Below the pieces are notes generated by a model. That model was not told the DNA's origin. It worked only from the letters and a program-made list of their open reading frames with translations, and made no database searches. Positions 57,198 to 63,994 of a stretch of 64,000 nucleotides of DNA are shown piece by piece (positions within the stretch are counted from its first letter, which is position 1; each line of letters starts with the position of its first letter). Both the position numbers and the translations under genes were made by a program. This DNA is from a virus (taxonomy: Duplodnaviria > Caudoviricetes), in the IMG/VR virus record IMGVR_UViG_3300037851_000671, positions 154,773 through 218,772 of that record. The stretch is one strand, 5' to 3'.

Positions 57198-57881
57198 ATG
57201 AAGTTCGAAAAGAGACAGAAAGCTAGAGAATTAAGAATTGGTGGAAAATCAGTACCTAACATAGCAAAAGAGCTTGGTGTGGCTAAAAGCAGTGTGAGTA
57301 TGTGGGTACGTGACATTCAGCTAACAGAGGAACAAAGAAAAAACTTTGGCACCAATCAGGGTAAACATTTGTTGGCATTTTCTCAAGAGAGAAAAATTTC
57401 TAGTCTGAAGTTACGACAGAAATATCAAGAAGATGGACGTAAAAGAGCTGCTGAACATGATTTACTACATTGTATGGGCTGCATGCTATTTTGGGCAGAA
57501 GGTACAAAAGATAAAAACACAATAACGTTCACAAACTCAGATGTACACATGTTGCGTATTTTTTTGAGGTTTCTACGAGAGTGTTTTCATGTGACAAACA
57601 ACCAAATCACGGTAAGGATTAATTGCTTCATAAAACATGAAGCAGATTGGGAGTCGGTCAAGCTATACTGGAAAAATGAGCTTGGTATAGATGAATCAAT
57701 GTTTAGAAAACCGACGACTAAAGTTACTGACGTTGTTGAAAATTATGGTGTTTGTGCTTTGACTGTATGCAATACTGAACTAGCCCAGCAAATATATGGA
57801 TCTATTCAGGAGTATGGCGGTTTCAATAACGGAATGTGTTTGGAAAACAAAAGAACAAGACGCTCTAACCAGATGAGCTAA
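57198..57881 (+). mobile_element. HTH + single-motif LAGLIDADG-like endonuclease
   Basis: 'KSVPNIAKELGVAKSSVSMW' HTH; 'MLFWAEGTK..ITFTNSD..LRIFLRFL'. Confidence 0.7.
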
Positions 57882-57887
57882 GGTCCG
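57856..57887 (-). pseudogene. orphan tRNA 5' half (acceptor strand + D-arm)
   Basis: CGGACCT-TA-GCTC-ATCTGGTTA-GAGC-G-TCTTG; no matching 3' half found. Confidence 0.6.
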
Positions 57888-57894
57888 TTTACTA

Positions 57895-58107
57895 TCACTC
57901 TTGCTGTTGTTGCGCTTTCTTAATCAGCTGCACCTCTTTATATGACAAGGACAATGGAATTTCAGACTTGCAACCATCACATATACAATATGCAATAGTT
58001 TCCAATCTCACATCATCATAGTCAAGTTTTACTATTGAAGCGCAACTCGAACATGTAACAAGTTTTCCAAGTTTGCTCTGCTTTGAGCCTTCTTTTACAA
58101 TCTCCAT
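57895..58107 (-). CDS. small Zn-ribbon protein
   Basis: CSSC..CDGC. Confidence 0.5.
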   Translation of the reverse strand: MEIVKEGSKQSKLGKLVTCSSCASIVKLDYDDVRLETIAYCICDGCKSEIPLSLSYKEVQLIKKAQQQQE

Positions 58108-58139
58108 ACCAACAGATATACCGAGAGAATCGTAGAGTT

Positions 58140-58289
58140 AGATAACGAAAAGGGCTCAGACGAAGTTTTTTCCAGCGTCCAGCCGCCGCATGTTGCCCGG
58201 TTTTACCCAGGTGGTGCGGCGCAGGGAAATCGAATCCCTGTCGTTTGAATTATCGGTTCAAGATGAATCGTCCAAAAAGCGCGTTATCT
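58140..58289 (-). ncRNA. modular Y-RNA-like element E8 (permuted acceptor with encoded ACCA)
   Basis: AGATAACG/CGTTATCT; GGACG-ATTCATC..CGTCT; T-arm AGGGA-TTCGATT-TCCCT; GCGCCGC-ACCA-insert-GCGGCG. Confidence 0.82.
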
Positions 58290-58327
58290 GGCGATGCTGT
58301 AAACACCCAAGCTTACAGCGTCATTTG

Positions 58328-58651
58328 TCACCAGTCCCCAAGATTGGAGACCTTTATACCAAGCCTTTCGAAGGCGCTAACAAGATCTGCGTTGTCCATA
58401 AAGGTATTGAAGTTGTACCTATCATCTTCCTCTTCCATTTTCCAATCTTCAATGCATTCTGGATGAGAGCATGTATTACAGTAAACCGGATTGCCATCTT
58501 CATCAAGATCTTCATTCGCTCTCTCACATTCATTTGTGTACGTTTCTGCGTAGTTCTCAACCAAAGCCTTCTGCTCTTCGGTGAGGTCTTTCTTGTACAC
58601 AACGAAAGAACAGCTTGATGAATTTGATACGAAACCTGTTCTTGTCTTCAT
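58328..58651 (-). CDS. hypothetical protein, MKxRxGFVSNSSS family
   Basis: N-terminal 'MKTRTGFVSNSSSCSF'. Confidence 0.65.
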   Translation of the reverse strand: MKTRTGFVSNSSSCSFVVYKKDLTEEQKALVENYAETYTNECERANEDLDEDGNPVYCNTCSHPECIEDWKMEEEDDRYNFNTFMDNADLVSAFERLGIKVSNLGDW

Positions 58652-58657
58652 AATTAC

Positions 58658-58993
58658 CTAGCAGTCACATCCAAGGTTCTCGACCTCTATTCCTTGCGCC
58701 TTGAAATAAGAAATCATATCAGAACTATCACACTCAACTCTATCTCTGTCAGCTGTAAAGACGTAAGCTGGTTCCGCATCACTATCATTTTCTACTCCAA
58801 AGTAAGGGTAATCACCAGAGCCTGGAACATATGAACGCTCGGCACAATCCCAAGAATTCAGATTATAGCACTTACCTTTTAGTTCTAGTTCAAAGTTCTT
58901 TATGAACCCAATCTGTTCATCTGTTAGTCCTTTCTTGATAATAACAAAGGAGCAGCTTGATGAGTTGGAAACGAATCCTTTTCTTGTCTTCAT
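58658..58993 (-). CDS. hypothetical protein, MKxRxGFVSNSSS family (tandem paralog)
   Basis: N-terminal 'MKTRKGFVSNSSSCSF'. Confidence 0.65.
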   Translation of the reverse strand: MKTRKGFVSNSSSCSFVIIKKGLTDEQIGFIKNFELELKGKCYNLNSWDCAERSYVPGSGDYPYFGVENDSDAEPAYVFTADRDRVECDSSDMISYFKAQGIEVENLGCDC

Positions 58994-59189
58994 AATGTCA
59001 CCTATCTTTCTTGAATGCTTTTACCTTGGCCCCTCCAGCTTTAACTTCTCGACGCCAAGCCGCCAGTCTTCGCTCAAGTTTTTTGAAATACTCGTCTGCA
59101 TGCTTTCTGGTTCTTGCGCTATCGTATGCTTCTATCCAAATCCAGTTATGGTTCATTCATCTCCATTAGATGTGATATATACGCGTTTT

Positions 59190-60194
59190 ATGACGAGAGT
59201 TCTACTTACAGGCGCTAGTGGTTTTGTTGGTTCACACATTCTTGAGCACCTTTTACTGAATACAGATTGGCAATTCGTTTGTCTTGCCGCTTGGAAACAC
59301 AAAGGCACACCAGAACGTATCGAAAGAGCTATGAGAGATAACAAGGACCGTGTAACCGTGATTACACACGATTTGGTATCTCCTCTAACAGAACACACAG
59401 TAAATAGGCTTGGCAAGATAGATTACATATTGAATGTTGCGGCAGAGTCACACGTAAACCGTTCAATAGATGAGCCTGTTAGATTCGTTGAGAATAATGT
59501 ACATATCGCACTAACCATGCTTGAACTTGCTAGAAAACTTCAACCATCCAAGTTTTTGCAGTTCTCTACTGATGAGGTTTATGGAGTGGCCCCAGAGGGA
59601 GTGAACCACAAGGAGTGGTCATCTATCATTCCTAGTAATCCATATTCAGCTTCCAAAGCCGCCCAGGAGGCAATCGCTATCTCATACTGGAGAACTTATG
59701 GGGTTCCTCTCATCATCACAAACACCATGAACATCTTTGGTGAAACTCAGGATGGTGAGAAGTACATTGCACAGCTTATCAGGAAGATATCAAATGAAGA
59801 GATTGTCACTGTTCATGGCAACGAGAACAACATTGGATCAAGGTACTACCTACATGCCAGAAACTGTGCTGATGCCATTTTGTTCATCGTCAAGAACATT
59901 GAACCAAGATTGTACTCTGACAGTTCAGAGGTTTTGGTTCCCGAGAGATTCAATATCGTTGGTGATGTTGAGCTGAACAATTTGGAAGTTGCCAACATGG
60001 TAGCCAAGATACTCGGTAAACCATTGAAATATGAGTTGGTTGATTTCCACAAGGGAAGGCCAGGACATGACAGGCGTTATGCTTTGGATGGAACCAAACT
60101 GAGAGAGGCTGGTTGGGCTGCTCCTATGTCATTTGAACAATCTCTTGAGAAATACATTGCGTGGACGTTGAAGCATAAGGAGTGGTTGTTGTGA
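59190..60194 (+). CDS. NAD-dependent epimerase/dehydratase (dTDP-glucose 4,6-dehydratase-like)
   Basis: 'VLLTGASGFVG', 'AAESHVNRS', 'STDEVYG', 'NPYSASKA', 'GRPGHDRRYALD'; start at MTRVLL. Confidence 0.9.
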   Translation: MTRVLLTGASGFVGSHILEHLLLNTDWQFVCLAAWKHKGTPERIERAMRDNKDRVTVITHDLVSPLTEHTVNRLGKIDYILNVAAESHVNRSIDEPVRFVENNVHIALTMLELARKLQPSKFLQFSTDEVYGVAPEGVNHKEWSSIIPSNPYSASKAAQEAIAISYWRTYGVPLIITNTMNIFGETQDGEKYIAQLIRKISNEEIVTVHGNENNIGSRYYLHARNCADAILFIVKNIEPRLYSDSSEVLVPERFNIVGDVELNNLEVANMVAKILGKPLKYELVDFHKGRPGHDRRYALDGTKLREAGWAAPMSFEQSLEKYIAWTLKHKEWLL

Positions 60195-60263
60195 CCCCAG
60201 CGGGATTCGAACCCGCATTGAAGCGCTGAGAACGCTCTCGCCTAACCATTAGCGGATGGGGCC
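60192..60263 (-). tRNA. tRNA-Glu(CTC)
   Basis: loop TTCTCAG. Confidence 0.88.
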
Positions 60264-60269
60264 AAAATC

Positions 60270-60360
60270 GTGATGACATTTGCCAGCGCTGGTCATTTGT
60301 CATCACTAAACCTGGTTGTGGATTCGAACCACTATGCGCGCCTGCCTGCCTGGCTACAGA
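60270..60360 (-). other. tRNA-like fragment (D-arm + T-arm, no anticodon arm) followed by a long hairpin
   Basis: TAGCC-AGGCAGGCA-GGC, GTGG-TTCGAAT-CCAC, then GTGATGACA/TGTCATCAC. Confidence 0.45.
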
Positions 60361-60364
60361 TCTG

Positions 60365-60446
60365 TGCAGATAGTGGGTCTCGAACCCACATGTCCTTAAG
60401 GACTCTACGCTCTGAACGTAGTGCGTTTGCTTTTCGCCATATCTGC
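60365..60446 (-). tRNA. tRNA-Leu(CAG)
   Basis: loop TTCAGAG, long variable arm. Confidence 0.88.
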
Positions 60447-60636
60447 AAAAACCGGGGCTGCTCTATCCATTGAGCTAATCAACTTGTATTCAAACATTTC
60501 TTCGAACGGCACCTTCGCAAAGTGATATCCCTTTGCACTCCAGGCTTTAGCTTTCGCGTAACGTTGAGAGGAAATTGCCTTTGCAGGACTGTCATACATG
60601 TTGATATTGGATTCGAACCAATAACCAACCCCTTAG
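60447..60636 (-). ncRNA. circularly permuted tRNA-like RNA P1 with ~125-nt insert at the acceptor end
   Basis: GGGGT-TGGTT-ATTGG-TTCGAAT-CCAAT-ATCAAC-[insert]-GTTGAT-TA-GCTC..GAGC-A-GCCCC. Confidence 0.75.
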
Positions 60637-60680
60637 GGTGACCAGTTGGTACCGCCCCAACTACGACAGAGCCACAATCT
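60637..60680 (-). tRNA. 3' half of split tRNA-His(GTG)
   Basis: AGATTGTGGC-TCTG, T-arm GTTGG-GGCGGTA-CCAAC, acceptor strand TGGTCAC, C73. Confidence 0.75.
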
Positions 60681-61155
60681 GCCCGCTCACTTCTTGCGTT
60701 TGGTCACATTTAAACTGACGTGCTAGTTTATGTACATGGAACCTTGTGATCCCATAAACCTTACTGATTGATACTGCACTTTCTCCATTTTTGTACCTTT
60801 CAACAATTTCTGTTTTCACATTTGGTTTTAGTGTTTTTCTTACAGGGTTGTAACTATTGATAGCTAGATTTATTTGCTCTTTTCTTCTTAGTCCCATGTG
60901 AGGTTGAAGCTCTTTCATAAGAACCACAGCCCTACCTCCTTTAAGTGCTGTGGCATATGGTGTTTTGTGATGTGCCTTTTGCTTTTTACACTTGCGATAA
61001 GTAGAGCCAAAAAGCATAGCAGCTTTTGCAACAACATCTTCATCAGTCATCATCAATGTAATAGCTGGGCAATTTGGCCTGCTTGGTGGTGATTTTAGAA
61101 AAGAACCCTCACCTTCTAAAAGCCCTGCAAGCCAAATCAAATCGTATTCTTTCAT
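60661..61155 (-). mobile_element. LAGLIDADG homing endonuclease inserted in tRNA-His
   Basis: 'IWLAGLLEGEGSF', C-terminal HTH; last codons read through the tRNA-His anticodon arm. Confidence 0.88.
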
Positions 61156-61195
61156 GAATAATCATATATCAAGCTCAACGACTTATTACAACTGG

Positions 61196-61233
61196 GCCAC
61201 AATCTAGTGCCTTAACCATTAGGCTACGATCAC
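61196..61233 (-). tRNA. 5' half of split tRNA-His(GTG)
   Basis: GTGATCG-TA-GCCT-AATGGTTA-AGGC-A-CTAGA-TTGTGGC; acceptor strand pairs 7/7 (with GU) with 60638-60644. Confidence 0.8.
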
Positions 61234-61235
61234 AG

Positions 61236-61317
61236 TGCTCATGAAGGGATTCGAACCCCCAAGCCCGAAGGCGGCAGTATTTGAAGCTGCTGTGTATACC
61301 AGTTCCACCACATGAGC
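61236..61317 (-). tRNA. tRNA-Leu(CAA)
   Basis: Leu-type D-arm and variable arm; loop TTCAAAT; C31-A39 mismatch. Confidence 0.8.
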
Positions 61318-61336
61318 GTAAGTTTCTGTATCTTTG

Positions 61337-61417
61337 TAGCACCGAAGGGATTTGAACCCCCACGCCCGAAGGCATCAGCTCCTAAGGCTGACGTGTCTGC
61401 CGTTCCACCACGGTGCC
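61337..61417 (-). tRNA. tRNA-Leu(TAG)
   Basis: loop CTTAGGA, variable arm. Confidence 0.9.
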
Positions 61418-61459
61418 ATATTTGTAATTTTGCACATATGCATATTTGCAGATTTACAT

Positions 61460-62401
61460 ATGAACCTAGAGAAGTATATCGTGTTACACGGCAGCCCTAT
61501 CAAGCTGCCCAAGCCTCATGCAGATTTTGTTGACTTTTACTACAACAACATGATGCATGATAAGAAGTTCGGAGTTATCCATATGCGAAAGGCCAGACAG
61601 GTTGGTTTTACCAGTTTGAGTCATGGGCTTTCGTTAGCTTTGGCCATGGAAGAGGTTGTTAGGGTTTATCACCTTCATCCTACTATGGCTATGGCAGCAC
61701 AGTCAGCTCAAAAAATAAACGATATGATTCTTGATGCCCCAAGAGGAATGACCAAGAAGCGCAATGGCCTTCTAAAATCTGTCATTGAAGAAAAGTTGAA
61801 ATGGGGTCCTCAATGCGATACCAAAACCAGAAAAGAGTTTGAGAATGGAAGCTCAATCCTAACAGAGTCAACTGGGAACAATGCCTGCCGTTTGAGGGGA
61901 GGAAGCTGTGACATTTCTTTTTTCCATGAGTCACAGCGCATGGAGCCAGAAGCTATGAGGAACGCAAGTCATCTTTCATCCCATTCACAATTCGGTGTGC
62001 TTGGTCTTGGTGTTCAGACTTATATGTTCACACCACAAGAGGAAGATGATTATTCCGATCATATGTGGAAAGATTCAGACCAGAGGAGGTTCCACTACAG
62101 GTGCGAGAACTGCTCCTGTATGTTCCCAATCATGCAAAGCAATTTCCGTGAGATTTGGTTGTATGGATTTACCATCCGTTGTCCAGAATGTCACAGAGAG
62201 CAGGACAAGAGAAACGCCATGAAACGCGGAGAGTGGATAGCTACAGCAACCGAGTCACATGTTGCTGGATTCCATATGGACCAGTCTACCATGGAGTTTT
62301 TTAGCCGTGAGTCAATTGATGCGTGCTATAATGACAGAACCATGACGGAAAGGAATATCGCTAATGAAGTATGGGGAGAGTCTTTTCCGAAAGAACAGTA
62401 A
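61460..62401 (+). CDS. terminase large subunit (GpA-like) ATPase-domain protein, nuclease domain absent
   Basis: 'MRKARQVGFTS', 'RLRGGSCDISFFHE', Zn ribbon 'CENC..CPEC', 'VAGFHM'; start at MNLEKY. Confidence 0.65.
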   Translation: MNLEKYIVLHGSPIKLPKPHADFVDFYYNNMMHDKKFGVIHMRKARQVGFTSLSHGLSLALAMEEVVRVYHLHPTMAMAAQSAQKINDMILDAPRGMTKKRNGLLKSVIEEKLKWGPQCDTKTRKEFENGSSILTESTGNNACRLRGGSCDISFFHESQRMEPEAMRNASHLSSHSQFGVLGLGVQTYMFTPQEEDDYSDHMWKDSDQRRFHYRCENCSCMFPIMQSNFREIWLYGFTIRCPECHREQDKRNAMKRGEWIATATESHVAGFHMDQSTMEFFSRESIDACYNDRTMTERNIANEVWGESFPKEQ

Positions 62402-62402
62402 T

Positions 62403-62650
62403 AAAACGGGGACTGCTCTACCAATTGAGCTAATCCAACTTTGTTCGATAACTAACGCCTCTTCAAACTCGCACCGTGTGGAAATCGCGTTTTTCCGTGA
62501 CAGGCTTTAGCAACAAGCCATGCAAGACATCCCCTCGCGAGGGAGCTAACACGGACTAACAGTTGCGTAAGAGTTGATAGGAGACAGTCTTATGAAGCAC
62601 TGTTACTTATCGAGTCGAATGCCGGACTCGAACCGGCAACCTTCCCCTCA
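62403..62650 (-). ncRNA. circularly permuted tRNA-like RNA P2 with ~175-nt structured insert at the acceptor end
   Basis: GGGGA-AGGTT-GCCGG-TTCGAGT-CCGGC-ATTCGAC-[insert]-GTTGGAT-TA-GCTC-AATTGGTA-GAGC-AG-TCCCC. Confidence 0.8.
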
Positions 62651-62651
62651 G

Positions 62652-62724
62652 TCCTGATAGCAGAAGTCGAATCTGCAACATCCAGCTTATGATGCTAGCG
62701 CTCTACCAATTGAGCTATATCAGG
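62652..62724 (-). tRNA. tRNA with CAT anticodon (elongator Met or Ile2)
   Basis: acceptor CCTGATA/TATCAGG, loop ATCATAA. Confidence 0.82.
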
Positions 62725-63085
62725 GAATATCATTTTTAGCTTCTTTCAACGCCTCTCTTCTATTCTTGACCTCTTGTCTTTCGTGTTGTACCCTTTTCCA
62801 CTTGAGCGCTCCATGGCCTCTACGATGTTTCAAGTCTCGTCTTACCAAGAATGGAACGTTACCATGTTTTTCAATGTGCATGTTCCAATAGCGTGTTAGA
62901 CGTTTCTTGATACGTGGTATCTTGTTTTCTCTTATGTGTGGCATAGAGAGAAAATCAGACATCAATTCTTCAAGAGTGTTGTATGTATCCTTCAAATAGT
63001 ACATAGTGGCCTCTAAAAAGTAAGTAGAAGTGATGCCATTCCAATTTGGCGGAGATGTCTCTTCGTAAAGAGCAATCGGCATCAT
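62720..63085 (-). CDS. basic hypothetical protein
   Basis: 121 aa ORF in the tRNA array. Confidence 0.45.
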   Translation of the reverse strand: MMPIALYEETSPPNWNGITSTYFLEATMYYLKDTYNTLEELMSDFLSMPHIRENKIPRIKKRLTRYWNMHIEKHGNVPFLVRRDLKHRRGHGALKWKRVQHERQEVKNRREALKEAKNDIP

Positions 63086-63089
63086 ACAT

Positions 63090-63166
63090 TGGTGACCCCA
63101 GTCGGATTCGAACCGACAATAAGCTGCCTGAAAAACAGCCGTCCTGAACCGTTAGACGATGGGGCC
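63090..63166 (-). tRNA. tRNA-Glu(TTC)
   Basis: loop TTTTCAG, encoded CCA. Confidence 0.9.
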
Positions 63167-63175
63167 ATTGAAAAG

Positions 63176-63271
63176 AGGATAACGAAAATTGGTTGACCTT
63201 TTGCCTTACGGCACATTACGTTTCGGTTTTTATTACTGATGTAGATGAAAGATCAAACCTGCGCGTTATCT
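63176..63271 (-). ncRNA. modular Y-RNA-like element E9 (short non-tRNA cargo)
   Basis: AAGATAACG/CGTTATCCT; GGTTTGATC-TTTCATC..GGTCAACC. Confidence 0.8.
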
Positions 63272-63350
63272 TGGAAGCGGGTCTTGGATTTGAACCAAGG
63301 AAACTAGGCTTATGAGACCCAGGAGTTAGGCCAGACTACTCTAACCCGCG
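63272..63350 (-). tRNA. tRNA-fMet(CAT)-like
   Basis: C1-U72 mismatch, loop CTCATAA, encoded CCA. Confidence 0.8.
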
Positions 63351-63359
63351 ATAGTGAAT

Positions 63360-63517
63360 AAGCAACGAAAAGATTTGAGACCCTGCCTTTCGGCTCTGTT
63401 GTGTATACCAATTCCACCATACCGGCGTTTCCACGTTTCCACCGATAGCGGGACTCGAACCCGCAAACGTATTAGGTGACAGTTTTACAAGATGAAAGAT
63501 CTCGGATCGCGTTGCTT
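63360..63517 (-). ncRNA. modular Y-RNA-like element E10 (permuted tRNA-Leu-like cargo)
   Basis: AAGCAACG/CGTTGCTT; GAGATC-TTTCATC; long variable region, T-arm GCGGG-TTCGAGT-CCCGC, Leu-type D-arm GGTGGAATTGGTATACAC. Confidence 0.88.
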
Positions 63518-63519
63518 TG

Positions 63520-63607
63520 TGCCGCCGACAGGATTCGAACCTGCATGAACGTTTTGTGTTCCTCACGCTCTCAACGTGATATGTATACCAAATTCCATCA
63601 CAGCGGC
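63520..63607 (-). tRNA. tRNA-Leu(GAG)
   Basis: loop TTGAGAG, long variable arm. Confidence 0.9.
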
Positions 63608-63609
63608 AA

Positions 63610-63791
63610 AGGATAACGAAAGATTGTCAGACGGGTTTTTCAACACCAGTCTGCCCATTGTTTTCAGAAGAATTGAGACTTGTTTTTACCGGCACAACCA
63701 GCATCTCAATTTGGCGGGCAGCTAAGGAATCGAACCTTAATGTCTATACGTTGGAAATATTAGATGAACCATCTAACTATGCGCGTTATCT
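63610..63791 (-). ncRNA. modular Y-RNA-like element E11 (permuted acceptor with encoded GCCA)
   Basis: AGATAACG/CGTTATCC; AGATGG-TTCATC..CCGTCT; T-arm TAAGG-TTCGATT-CCTTA; GCTGCCC-GCCA-insert-GGGCAG. Confidence 0.82.
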
Positions 63792-63869
63792 TGGTTGCGG
63801 AGAATTGGATTTGAACCAATGACCTTCGGGTTATGGGCCCGACGAGCTACCTGACTGCTCTACCCCGCA
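63792..63869 (-). tRNA. tRNA-fMet(CAT) with C33
   Basis: anticodon stem TCGGG/CCCGA, loop CCCATAA, encoded CCA. Confidence 0.85.
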
Positions 63870-63875
63870 ATAATT

Positions 63876-63994
63876 AGCAACGAAAGGAGCGAGACCCTAC
63901 ATGCCCACATGGGCGATTCCCCAGTGAAAAGAACCCGAAGGTTCGGTGGGGAATTAAGTTTCGAGCTTAGATGAAAGATCCCTAACGCGTTGCT
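63876..63994 (-). ncRNA. modular Y-RNA-like element E12 (multi-hairpin non-tRNA cargo)
   Basis: AGCAACG/CGTTGCT; GGGATC-TTTCATC..GGTCTC; internal TTCCCCA/TGGGGAA and GAACC-TTCG-GGTTC stems. Confidence 0.82.

Noticed and set aside
58140-58289. E8/E11 as two-piece tmRNA
   Set aside because: No G3-U70 alanine identity pair, no pseudoknot region or tag ORF, and far too short.
60405-60599. 64-aa ORF as a real gene
   Set aside because: It runs through the D-arm of P1 and into tRNA-Leu with no RBS; better explained as ncRNA, though a peptide cannot be excluded.
60484-60600. c-di-GMP-I riboswitch suggested by GCTAAAGCC in the P1/P2 inserts
   Set aside because: The GGCAAA..GAAA tetraloop/receptor arrangement is not present in the right spacing.
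60681-61195. Group I or BHB-type intron in tRNA-His
   Set aside because: The insert is almost entirely ORF; no catalytic core or bulge-helix-bulge pairing could be seen.
61236-61317. tRNA-Sec or opal suppressor (CTTCAAA loop)
   Set aside because: Stem register places CAA at 34-36. D-arm, variable arm and A73 are Leu-type. No sign of stop-codon reassignment in the ORFs.
10642-63994. The 12 repeats as a CRISPR array or MITE family
   Set aside because: They are not tandem, and their sequences covary rather than being identical. No cas or transposase gene and no consistent target-site duplication is visible.
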